From assembly GCA_035694525.1 (NCBI GenBank), contig DASSFL010000138.1, forward strand, positions 1 to 63,741: a stretch of 63,741 nt of DNA, read 5' to 3'. Of the stretch, positions 48,083 through 59,729 are shown one piece after another. The stretch is from Candidatus Udaeobacter sp. GTDB taxonomy: Bacteria > Verrucomicrobiota > Verrucomicrobiia > Chthoniobacterales > UBA10450. Each line of letters starts with the position of its first letter. Positions within the stretch are counted from its first letter, which is position 1. Under the pieces are notes generated by a model. It was not told where the DNA came from, made no database searches, and was given only the letters and a program-made list of their open reading frames with translations. Position numbers and translations under genes: made by a program.

Positions 48083-48542
48083 AACTCGTAATCTCCGGCC
48101 TTTCCGTTAGCGGCGAGTAATTCGCCGTCCATGAACCAGCGGGACCTTGAAAGCGGACGATTGCCGGTTCACATGTACCGGATGGCCAGAAAATCCATTC
48201 AGCCGGATATTTTTCCGCCAACGCCACCGGAAGCGAGAGTTTTAGCGTGCTTCCCCTGCTGAGACGAAACTCAGCCTTTGCTTTAGCTTCCTCATCTTCC
48301 GCAAAAGCTTCCGGTCGCACCATGACATTGTTCTTACCCCAAACGATCAAGTAAGGACGACGCTCGGTAACGCTTAGCATCTGCGCCTGACGCACAAGAT
48401 TGTTGAACTCATCCAGCGATTGCTTCAGCCGCCTGTTTGCTATCACGCCGCTAAAGCTAGGCACTGCCAATACCAGTATTAACAACAGTATGAAGATGGC
48501 GAGAGCAATCTCGATTAACGTAAAACCCCGGGCTCGTTGCAC
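48069..48542 (-). CDS. gspH: minor pseudopilin GspH
   Basis: 157 aa with a GTG start. Prepilin motif ARGFTLIEIALAIFIL. Confidence 0.75.
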   Translation of the reverse strand: MQRARGFTLIEIALAIFILLLILVLAVPSFSGVIANRRLKQSLDEFNNLVRQAQMLSVTERRPYLIVWGKNNVMVRPEAFAEDEEAKAKAEFRLSRGSTLKLSLPVALAEKYPAEWIFWPSGTCEPAIVRFQGPAGSWTANYSPLTERPEITSYVVR

Positions 48543-48642
48543 CGCCGGAAATTACTCGTTTCACCGCAAATCACAACAGTGCCCGCTGGGCATTTCGGTC
48601 TTTTTGCTCCTCATACGTCAGCGACGCGGCAGGTGGAGCAGA

Positions 48643-49421
48643 TCAATAATGACCAGGGGCGTAACCGTGAACTGCGGTAAAGCCGATCGTTTGCGTCCAC
48701 CAAGCGGGATCGGCGCAATAGCCCAGAAAAGTGTCAACCAATGCGTTGCTTAGTTTGCCAGAGCTCATCAAGTCCTCGCGAAGTTCTCCGACTGTGAGTT
48801 TCCAATAATCTGCCCACAAACTGGTCCCGTTGTAGATCGCGGTTTCTGCAGTGCCATCGATTCGCTCGAGTCCTAAGACTGCCAATCTCGACGCCAGAGT
48901 TCGACCGATTTGATAGTCAATTCCTTGCTCACGTGACCATGCAAGCCAACCACTCCAGAACGCATGCACCTCCGGCGGCTCGGCGATCGTGACCGGAAGG
49001 AAATCCGGTTCGATCAATAGGATGGCGCCTCCAGGTCGCAAGCTTGCAACGAGATTCGCGATCGCCTTTTCGGGATCGGCAACATGGTGGAGCACTGCGC
49101 GAGCCGTGACGAGATCAAAGCTGCCAAGCTCCACTGGCCCGGCCATGATATCAGCCTTGCGAAACTCCAAATTCGGCAAATGCACATCGACCAGCGAAGA
49201 ACGAGGTCGACTGCTATGGCTTGTCCATCTGGAGCGACGTGCCGTGCCAGCCACGCCGAAATCGAGCCGATGCCGCAGCCAGCTTCCAGTGTTCTCGCGC
49301 CTGATTTAACGACGCCGAGCGATTGAAGATATCGGCGCTGCATGGGATCGAGCAATTCCGACATCAACGCGAGTCGCTTCCCTTCGCCCTTAAGATGGTG
49401 ACCCAAAACATATTCCGGCAC
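48643..49421 (-). pseudogene. class I SAM-dependent methyltransferase interrupted by a single frameshift
   Basis: The N-terminal frame (49014..49421) carries motif I LEAGCGIGS and ends ...AIAVD. The rest (...SSLVDVHLPNLEFRKADI...LRPGGAILLIEP...) continues in another frame (48643..49254). The shift lies near 49200-49215. Confidence 0.7.
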
Positions 49422-49556
49422 GGGGAGGCACCGTAGGTCGCCAAGATATTAACGGCAAATGATTGGCCAAAACCGATTACGCGCCGCAATCGGCCGCTAA
49501 AAAAAAGCAATCAAACGACAGCAGCGACGCCGCCTTGTGATAAACTTTGAGCGGAA

Positions 49557-50558
49557 ATGAAGCCTGCTTTGCGCATCGGCATCGTTGTAGCTGCACTTTG
49601 CGTGGCGGCGATGCTTGTGTGGCAGGGAATTACTGCACACGGCGCGCCCGATCCGACGCGCCCCAACACCAGCCCTACCGTGGCATTTCTGGACATTGGG
49701 ATCCTGGTCTTTCGCGAGGGCTTGGAATGCATTCTGGTTCTGGCAGCGATCACTGCGAGCATGACAGGCCCTAAACGCGCCCATCGCCGGCCGGTTGCGC
49801 TCGGCGCGGGCGTTGCGCTCATCGCTAGTTTGATCACGTGGTTCATCGCAGTGCGCATCGTCGGCTCACTCAGCGACAACATGTCGGCACTCGATTTGCA
49901 AGCCGCTACCGGCTTGCTGGCTGTCATCGTGTTGCTGGTCATCATGAACTGGTTCTTTCACAAGATCTATTGGGGCGGCTGGATTCGCGCTCACAATCGC
50001 CGCCGCAAGGCATTGCTCGAAAATGCGCGTGCCGCCGAGATCTCCCAGTCGCGCCTGTGGTTCGGATTGGTCCTGCTTGGATTCACATCGCTGTATCGCG
50101 AAGGCTTTGAAGTCGTGCTTTTTTTGCAAAGCTATCATCTGCGACTGGGCGGCGCCGTGGTGCTGAAAGGCGCGCTGCTGGGACTGGTCCTGACCGCGAT
50201 GGTAGCAGTATTGACCTTTGTCCTTCAGCAGCGTCTGCCTTATCGGAAAATGCTGATCACTACCGGCATCCTGCTCGGAGTTGTGTTGCTGGTGATGGTC
50301 GGCGAGCAAGCGCAGGAAATGCAGCTGGCACATTGGATTTCCACAACTGAAATTACCTCGCTCGAAAATTATATGCCGCCCTGGATGGGACTCTGGTTTG
50401 CAGTATTCCCTACAGTTGAAACGCTCGTGGCTCAGTTGATTGCGGCCGTTTTGGTAATTGGCTCATATTTCGCAGCGCGGCGCTTCGGTGGCGGCGAACC
50501 GGGTGGAACAGCGTTGGAGGCGACTCCCGCTGCCAGAATTGCTGCGATCAACGCATAA
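49557..50558 (+). CDS. FTR1/EfeU-family high-affinity iron permease
   Basis: 333 aa, polytopic, with two REXXE motifs (FREGLE, YREGFE). Confidence 0.85.
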   Translation: MKPALRIGIVVAALCVAAMLVWQGITAHGAPDPTRPNTSPTVAFLDIGILVFREGLECILVLAAITASMTGPKRAHRRPVALGAGVALIASLITWFIAVRIVGSLSDNMSALDLQAATGLLAVIVLLVIMNWFFHKIYWGGWIRAHNRRRKALLENARAAEISQSRLWFGLVLLGFTSLYREGFEVVLFLQSYHLRLGGAVVLKGALLGLVLTAMVAVLTFVLQQRLPYRKMLITTGILLGVVLLVMVGEQAQEMQLAHWISTTEITSLENYMPPWMGLWFAVFPTVETLVAQLIAAVLVIGSYFAARRFGGGEPGGTALEATPAARIAAINA

Positions 50559-50661
50559 CAGAGATCCCGCAGAGCTTTGCAAAAAGTTGGCGTAGCAGTT
50601 TCGCTACGTTCGCGCGTGCGATTCCAGTTGAACGAAGTCGCAGGCTTTTCACCTTAGGCGG

Positions 50662-53600
50662 ATGATTCCGCCTTGTTGCCGTTCTCTTTGGCTGGTTCAA
50701 TTCGTTTTCGGCATCTCCGTATTCCTCTTCTCACCTTCTCTTCGATCAGTTGCCTCCCCTACTCCCGTTCCGGCTGGAGCCATTGATGAAAAATTGTTCA
50801 AAGGAATGCAGTGGCGACAGATTGGACCGTTCCGCGGTGGGCGCGCCTTGACAATTGAAGGCGTACCGGGCGAGCCAGACACTTTTTATTTTGGCGCGGT
50901 TGCGGGCGGAGTTTGGAAAACCATCGATGCCGGGACGAACTGGACTCCGCTCTTCGACAAACAACCTATTTCGTCAATCGGAGCGATCGCTGTCGCGCCA
51001 TCGGATCACAATGTGATCTATGCAGGCACGGGCGAAGCGGCTATCCGCGGCAATACCACCTATGGTACCGGAGTTTTCAAATCCGTCGATGGTGGCAAGA
51101 CATGGGAAAATGTCGGGTTAAAAGACAGCCGCCAAATCGGTGCGCTAATTGTCGATCCAAGAAATGAAAATGTCGTCCTGGTGGCAGCGTTGGGTCATGC
51201 ATTTGGCCCAAACACAGAGCGCGGAATATTTCGGACCGCCGACGGCGGGAAGACCTGGACTAAAGTTTTGTCCAAAGACGAAAACACCGGTGGGATCGAT
51301 GTCGTTTTCGATCCGCACAATCCGAACATTGTTTTCGCTTCGCTGTGGCAGGCGCGACGGCAGCCGTGGTTTTTCTCAAGCGGCGGGCCAGGGAGTGGGC
51401 TCTATCGATCTGAAGATAATGGTGTGACCTGGAAACGTCTCGAGGGGAATGGTCTTCCCGAAGGAATCTTCGGAAAGATCGGTATCGCCGTTTCCGGTGC
51501 AGATTCGAACCGCGTTTATGCGATCATCGAGGCCAAGGAAGGCGGCCTTTACCGCTCCGATGATGCCGGGGAACATTGGACTCGTGTAAATGATGACGGC
51601 CGATTTCGCCAGCGCGCCTGGTATTTCAGCAAAGTCTATGCTGACCCGAAGTCCGCTGACACGGTTTATCTTTTAAACACCGGGCTATTTCGTTCGGTTG
51701 ATGGCGGCAAAACTTTCAACTTGTTGCCAGCGCGTCACGGCGATCACCACGGGTTCTGGATCGATCCGCAAAATCCTAATCGGATCGCGAACGCCAACGA
51801 CGGAGGCGCGAGTATCTCAATCGACGGCGGGAAAACATGGACGACCCAAAACAACCAGCCGACCGCGCAGTTTTATCACGTTTCGGTGGACAACGCTTTT
51901 CCTTACCACATTTACGGCGCGCAGCAGGACAGTACGAGCGTTGGCATTGCAAGCCGGACAGATTGGGGCGCGATCGGGCCAGCAGATCGGTTCGAAGTCA
52001 GCAGTGGCGAGTGCGGCTTTGTTCTGGCCGATCCGCGCGATTGGCACATCGTTTATTCGAATAACGAAAGCTCTATCTATCGTTACAACAAGACCAAGCG
52101 AGATATGCAGGATGTCAGCGTCTTACCTTTGGACAATTCCGGTTACGGTGCCGCCAATGTTGCTCATCGCTTTCAGTGGGTAACGCCGCTCACCCTTTCT
52201 CCGCATAATCCCGACGTTCTGTACACTGGCGCAGAGTGCGTTTTCAAATCGACCGATCACGGACAGAGCTGGACGCAAATCAGTGGTGACCTGACTCGAA
52301 ACGATAAATCTAAACAACAGCCAAGCGGCGGCCCGCTGACCAACGACATCACTTCAGTTGAATATTACGACACCGTGTTCGCGCTCGCAGAGTCGCCGAT
52401 AAAAAAAGGAACGCTCTGGGCCGGCACGGATGATGGACTTGTTCACGTAACAACCGACGACGGACAGCATTGGTCGAAGGTGACGCCAAAGATGCCCGAG
52501 TGGAGCACAGTCAGCCTCATCGATCCATCGCCGCACGATGCCAACACTGCGTATATCGCTGTGGACCGGCATAAACTCGACGACTTCAAGCCCTACATCT
52601 TCAAAACGACAGACCTTGGAAAAAGCTGGAGCGCAATCGTGACTGGCATTCCCGATGGCGCGTACGTCCATGCGGTGCGCGAAGATCCCAAGAAACGCGG
52701 ATTGCTCTACGCGGGCACAGAACTCGGAGTTTTCGTTTCGTTCGATGACGGCGCGCATTGGCAACCACTTCAGTTGAACCTGCCGGTATCACCGATTCAC
52801 GATCTGGTTGTAAAGGACGACGATTTGGTCGTGGCAACTCATGGCCGTTCGTTCTGGGTCTTGGACGACATTACGCCGTTGCGTCAGCTCAGCGGGCAAT
52901 CTTCCAAGGAAGATCTGATTCTTTATCAACCGCAAACCGCAGTGCGTTTGCATTATCCGGAGGAATTCGACAGACGCCAGCCAGTCGGCGACAATCCGCC
53001 AGCGGGCGCGATCATTAATTATTATTTCAAGGCGGCACCGAAAGAAGAAGTGTCGCTCGATATTCTGGATGGTTCAGGCAAAGTCCTCAGACATCTTTCC
53101 AGCAAAGAGAAAAAAGAAGGCGAACAACCGCCGGAATGGCCGGATCGCGTCGAGCGAGTAAAAACAATTCCTGCGAACGCTGGGATGAACCGCTTCGCGT
53201 GGGACTTGCGCTACAATGATCCCACACAGATACCCGGTGCGTTTTACTCCGGCGTCGGACCGAGAGGACCGCTTGCTCCGCCTGGTGATTATCAAGTGAA
53301 ACTGACCGTCGGCGGCAAGTCAAAGATTGCGCCGCTGCATCTGGCGATCGATCCACGAAACAAGGGCGCCGAGGCAGCTGTGCAAAAGCAATTTGCTTTA
53401 GCAACACAGGTGAATGATTCCATGTCGCGATTGCATCAGGCCGTCAATGAAATCCGCGATCTGAGGTCGCAGATTCAGGCCTTGCACAAACGTTTCGGAG
53501 ACGATCCAAAGCTAAAACAGGCACTCGAGGCAGCGGACGATCTCGACCACAAAATGTCTGAGGTCGAAGAGAAACTCATCCAGGTGAACATGAAAGGCTC

Positions 53601-53850
53601 GGAAGCAAACCTCGCCTTCCCCAATATGCTGAACGAACGCTTTGAAACATTCAGCCACACGATCGAGTATGGCGACACAGAGCCCACACAGGGACAGCTC
53701 AACGTTTCTCAAATGTTGAGCAGCCAGTTGGAAGAACAGTTAAAGAAATGGGCGCAGCTCAAGGCTGAAGATGTGCCGAAGGTAAGCGAACTGATCAAGC
53801 AAGCTAGCTTGCCCGCGCTGATTATTAGCCCTCCGAAGAAAAGTGAATAG
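50662..53850 (+). CDS. large secreted BNR/VPS10 (sortilin-like) repeat protein
   Basis: 1062 aa with a signal peptide and many S/T-x-D-x-G-x-T/S-W repeats (DAGTNW, DGGKTW, DNGVTW, DHGQSW, DDGQHW, DLGKSW, DDGAHW). Confidence 0.8.
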   Translation: MIPPCCRSLWLVQFVFGISVFLFSPSLRSVASPTPVPAGAIDEKLFKGMQWRQIGPFRGGRALTIEGVPGEPDTFYFGAVAGGVWKTIDAGTNWTPLFDKQPISSIGAIAVAPSDHNVIYAGTGEAAIRGNTTYGTGVFKSVDGGKTWENVGLKDSRQIGALIVDPRNENVVLVAALGHAFGPNTERGIFRTADGGKTWTKVLSKDENTGGIDVVFDPHNPNIVFASLWQARRQPWFFSSGGPGSGLYRSEDNGVTWKRLEGNGLPEGIFGKIGIAVSGADSNRVYAIIEAKEGGLYRSDDAGEHWTRVNDDGRFRQRAWYFSKVYADPKSADTVYLLNTGLFRSVDGGKTFNLLPARHGDHHGFWIDPQNPNRIANANDGGASISIDGGKTWTTQNNQPTAQFYHVSVDNAFPYHIYGAQQDSTSVGIASRTDWGAIGPADRFEVSSGECGFVLADPRDWHIVYSNNESSIYRYNKTKRDMQDVSVLPLDNSGYGAANVAHRFQWVTPLTLSPHNPDVLYTGAECVFKSTDHGQSWTQISGDLTRNDKSKQQPSGGPLTNDITSVEYYDTVFALAESPIKKGTLWAGTDDGLVHVTTDDGQHWSKVTPKMPEWSTVSLIDPSPHDANTAYIAVDRHKLDDFKPYIFKTTDLGKSWSAIVTGIPDGAYVHAVREDPKKRGLLYAGTELGVFVSFDDGAHWQPLQLNLPVSPIHDLVVKDDDLVVATHGRSFWVLDDITPLRQLSGQSSKEDLILYQPQTAVRLHYPEEFDRRQPVGDNPPAGAIINYYFKAAPKEEVSLDILDGSGKVLRHLSSKEKKEGEQPPEWPDRVERVKTIPANAGMNRFAWDLRYNDPTQIPGAFYSGVGPRGPLAPPGDYQVKLTVGGKSKIAPLHLAIDPRNKGAEAAVQKQFALATQVNDSMSRLHQAVNEIRDLRSQIQALHKRFGDDPKLKQALEAADDLDHKMSEVEEKLIQVNMKGSEANLAFPNMLNERFETFSHTIEYGDTEPTQGQLNVSQMLSSQLEEQLKKWAQLKAEDVPKVSELIKQASLPALIISPPKKSE

Positions 53851-53855
53851 TAATT

Positions 53856-53904
53856 GGAGGGCGGAGCTCCCGCGACGCCCGGGCTCGCAGGAGTTCGCCC
53901 CTCC
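53856..53904 (+). terminator. long GC-rich imperfect hairpin after the VPS10-like gene (terminator or REP-like)
   Basis: GGAGGGCGGAGCTCCCGCGA...TCGCAGGAGTTCGCCCCTCC begins 6 nt after the stop. Confidence 0.45.
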
Positions 53905-53934
53905 ATTTGACCTCGCAATGAACTGCGCGCCCAG

Positions 53935-54651
53935 ATGATCATGATCGATAGAGCAGTGATCCTCGCAGCCGGGCGCGGCACCCGCATGCGCGAACTGACT
54001 AATGACGTTCCAAAGCCGATGATCAAAGTGCGCGGCAAACCGGTTTTGCAGCACATCATCGAAGGATTGCGCGACGCCGGAATACGCGACCTTCTCATCG
54101 TTGTTGGCTATCACGCCGAAGCAGTGCGGAATTTTTTCGGTGATGGTTCACGCCATAACGTCGCGATTCAGTATGCGACACAGAGAGTGCAGGATGGGAC
54201 TGGTCGTGTTGTGGATCTCGCCCGCGATTTTGTCGGAGATGGTCCGTTTATTTTGAGCTACGGCGATATTCTGGTCGATCCGGGAAATTACAAACGCGTC
54301 GTCGATCTTCCGAATAACCTCGAAGCGATCATTACAGTTACGCGCGGTGAAGACGTCCGCAAAGGCGGCGCGGTTTTGGTGAACGAGCAAATGGAGCTGG
54401 TCGATCTTCGCGAAAAACCAAAGCCAGGCGAACCAACAAGCCCCTGGTATAACGCCGGTCTGTACGCATTTCGGCCAAGCATTTTCGAATTCATTGCGCG
54501 GTTGAAGCCATCGCCGCGCGGCGAGTACGAACTCACGGATGCAATCCGGGATCTCGCGCATTCAGGAAAGAAAGTAAAAGCGCTCGAACTAACTGCCGAA
54601 TGGGCAGACGTCCGGGATCCTGAAACGCTCGCTCGCTTGAATCGAGCGTAA
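53935..54651 (+). CDS. sugar-phosphate nucleotidyltransferase family protein
   Basis: 238 aa. N-terminal AVILAAGRGTRMRELT signature of NTP-transferases. Confidence 0.8.
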   Translation: MIMIDRAVILAAGRGTRMRELTNDVPKPMIKVRGKPVLQHIIEGLRDAGIRDLLIVVGYHAEAVRNFFGDGSRHNVAIQYATQRVQDGTGRVVDLARDFVGDGPFILSYGDILVDPGNYKRVVDLPNNLEAIITVTRGEDVRKGGAVLVNEQMELVDLREKPKPGEPTSPWYNAGLYAFRPSIFEFIARLKPSPRGEYELTDAIRDLAHSGKKVKALELTAEWADVRDPETLARLNRA

Positions 54652-54674
54652 GCATCTGAAGTCGACTAGCTCCT

Positions 54675-55502
54675 TTATCGTGCCTGTTCGGCTGTTTCCT
54701 CTGACGGCTCTTCGCCGATCTCTTCTTCAATTTCACGACGCCAATCGCGCGAAAGCCACGGTCGGAGGAGTCCGTAAAGCAAATATGAAAGGAAAAGAAC
54801 CGCCGGCATCCACTCGTAATTCAGCACGGTAAAAATGAGTACAAGAATGATAACAAGAAAACGTGGGATCGATTTCTTGGTCCTCCAGTTAATCGCCTTA
54901 AAGCTCGGATATTGAAACCGGCTGAACATCATGAAGGAAAGAAAAAGCAGCAACGGTGGCAGAACGAAGCGCCAACTGCCGAGGTGATGTTCACCTTCCG
55001 CGAGCCAAAGGAGAAATAGTGTGATCGAAGCAATCAAACCGGCCGCGGCCGGAATGGGAAAGCCCGTGAAAGTGTTTTGATGAGTGGCTCCGTTGTGCCT
55101 GGCTGCCGCGGAATTGAAACGGGCGAGGCGCAACGCTCCGCACATCAGGTAAATAAAGGCAATGATCCAAGATGCTCGCGCAAACTCCTGTAATACGACA
55201 CGGTACACCATGAGCGCCGGGGCAAGTCCGAATGACACAATATCGGCGAGCGAATCGAACTCACGGCCAAACGGACTCTCATGCCCGCCCAACCGCGCAA
55301 GGCGACCATCCAGAAAATCAAATACGAACGCGCCCAGAACACACCAGATAGCGGTGTGAAAAAGATCACTGGCCGCGTCGGGATTAGACGCCTGTAGCAA
55401 CGCGCCTTCAAGAATTTTCAGCGTCGCCGTAAATCCGCAAAACAGATTTCCCGCCGTCATCAAATTGGGCAGGAGATAGATTTTAGATGGTTGTTCGTTC
55501 AT
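54675..55502 (-). CDS. pssA: CDP-diacylglycerol--serine O-phosphatidyltransferase
   Basis: 275 aa. CDP-alcohol phosphatidyltransferase motif DFLDGRLARL...G.EFDSLADIVSFG. Its start overlaps the psd stop by 1 nt. Confidence 0.9.
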   Translation of the reverse strand: MNEQPSKIYLLPNLMTAGNLFCGFTATLKILEGALLQASNPDAASDLFHTAIWCVLGAFVFDFLDGRLARLGGHESPFGREFDSLADIVSFGLAPALMVYRVVLQEFARASWIIAFIYLMCGALRLARFNSAAARHNGATHQNTFTGFPIPAAAGLIASITLFLLWLAEGEHHLGSWRFVLPPLLLFLSFMMFSRFQYPSFKAINWRTKKSIPRFLVIILVLIFTVLNYEWMPAVLFLSYLLYGLLRPWLSRDWRREIEEEIGEEPSEETAEQAR

Positions 55503-56146
55503 CAGTCGGGCAGACGCGCGATGACTGTCGATCCTCCGGAAACGTGATCGCCTGTTTTCACTAGGACTTCAGCTTCGAGCGGTAAGTATAATTCCGTCCG
55601 CGAACCGAAGCGAATCATCCCTAAGCGTTCTCCCTTTTTCAATTCATCTCCAACATTTGCCCAAGCCACAATGCGCCTCGCAATCGCGCCGGTCAGCTGC
55701 CTAACGACAATCGTTGCTCGCGAATTTTCGAGCGCCCATGTCATCGCTTCATTTTTCTCCGGGCAATCCGGATCGCGAGCATCGAGGCAGAGACCTTCGT
55801 GATGCTGGCGATAAACGATACGTCCAGCGATCGGCGCTCGATTCGTGTGAACATCGAAAATTGACAGGAAAATTCCGACGCGCCGCGTTTTTGTTTTTAG
55901 AACTTCCTTCTCATCCAGTTCGACGATGTCGCTGACCCTGCCGTCAGCCGGAGCAACAATCAGATTCGGATCTGCCGGCACAGGACGATCGGGGTCGCGG
56001 AAAAAGGCAACTGTAAAAAGAAAAAGCGCCAGAAAAATCAGCGGCAACCACGCCGAGATAAACCAAGTCGCCACAGCGGCCAAAGCCAAAATCAAAAGAA
56101 TCCAGCGTGCTTCCAAGAGCGTTTGCGCGCGCATCACAAACCGCAT
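55502..56146 (-). CDS. psd: phosphatidylserine decarboxylase proenzyme (short form)
   Basis: 214 aa with an N-terminal TM region and C-terminal FGSRT self-cleavage-type motif. Adjacent to pssA. Confidence 0.85.
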   Translation of the reverse strand: MRFVMRAQTLLEARWILLILALAAVATWFISAWLPLIFLALFLFTVAFFRDPDRPVPADPNLIVAPADGRVSDIVELDEKEVLKTKTRRVGIFLSIFDVHTNRAPIAGRIVYRQHHEGLCLDARDPDCPEKNEAMTWALENSRATIVVRQLTGAIARRIVAWANVGDELKKGERLGMIRFGSRTELYLPLEAEVLVKTGDHVSGGSTVIARLPD

Positions 56147-56356
56147 TTTCCGGGTTCAAAATCGCATGGTCAAGCAGCGAGAAAAAAGCCTCTGGAACAG
56201 GTCCTACCGGCTTCTCTGGTCGAATACAACATCTTGAGTTTAGGGTTAGTCTTTGGCCCAATCCCTAGCGCAACCAATCCAGAATTACCCACCAGATAAT
56301 TAGTTGTTCATCGGGACATTTTGGATATCATGTTACAAGGCTATTTCTGGCCTTAA

Positions 56357-58930
<2,574 letters not shown>

Positions 58931-58938
58931 ATTCCAAG

Positions 58939-59718
58939 ATGGGAGGCCTGTTTCACAACCTACGCCATCCGCGACGCTGTTACGTTGTCTGCACAATTCC
59001 GCGTTCGGGTAGCAATTTACTGACAGATGGCTTGCGCGCCACGCGCCAGGCGGGCATGCCAAAACAGTTCTTCCTGCCAAAGTCGGAAGGCCGCTACGGC
59101 GCCGAGATAGGACTGGATCCAAATGTTGATTATCCGGGCTACGTGCGTGGCATCGTCGACACGAAGACGACCCGTAATGAGGTGTTCGGTTTTAAACTAA
59201 TGAGTTGGTATCTGGACGATTTCCTTGCCCGACTGCGAGATACTCATGCCTTTGGCGACGCAGCGACTGATGCTCTCACTATGTTGCGAAATGCCTTCCC
59301 ACGCCTTCGCTTTGTGCACATCGTTCGGCGCCACAAATTGCGGCAAGCATTGTCGACAGCTCGAGCTCTTCAGACTGGTCTTTGGAAAGTGCAGGAGGGA
59401 AAAACCGCCTTACGAGAACCGCAATTCGATGCGCAGTTGATCGAGCAGTCTCTAAGAGAGGCTGAGCGACAGGAAAATATCTGGCACACATTTTTTCACC
59501 GAATCGGCATTGCTCCCTTCCAGGTCGAGTACGAAGAACTATGCCGGGATTATGAGGCAACCATCCGCTGTGCGCTGGATTTCTTGAAAATTTCGCTGCC
59601 GCGCAACGCTCGGATCGGTCCTCCCGTCACGATCAGACAGGCTGACGAAATTTCCCGAATTTGGGAAGAGCGCTTCCTTACCGAGCGTCCTTCCGCGTAC
59701 TTGCCAGCGCATGGATAA
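58939..59718 (+). CDS. Stf0-family sulfotransferase
   Basis: 259 aa. The PAPS-binding motif CTIPRSGSNLL and the blocks FGFKLMSW, VHIVRRHKLRQALSTARALQTGLW and RQADEISRIW parallel my memory of mycobacterial Stf0. Confidence 0.8.
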   Translation: MGGLFHNLRHPRRCYVVCTIPRSGSNLLTDGLRATRQAGMPKQFFLPKSEGRYGAEIGLDPNVDYPGYVRGIVDTKTTRNEVFGFKLMSWYLDDFLARLRDTHAFGDAATDALTMLRNAFPRLRFVHIVRRHKLRQALSTARALQTGLWKVQEGKTALREPQFDAQLIEQSLREAERQENIWHTFFHRIGIAPFQVEYEELCRDYEATIRCALDFLKISLPRNARIGPPVTIRQADEISRIWEERFLTERPSAYLPAHG

Positions 59719-59729
59719 ATCCAAACGTC

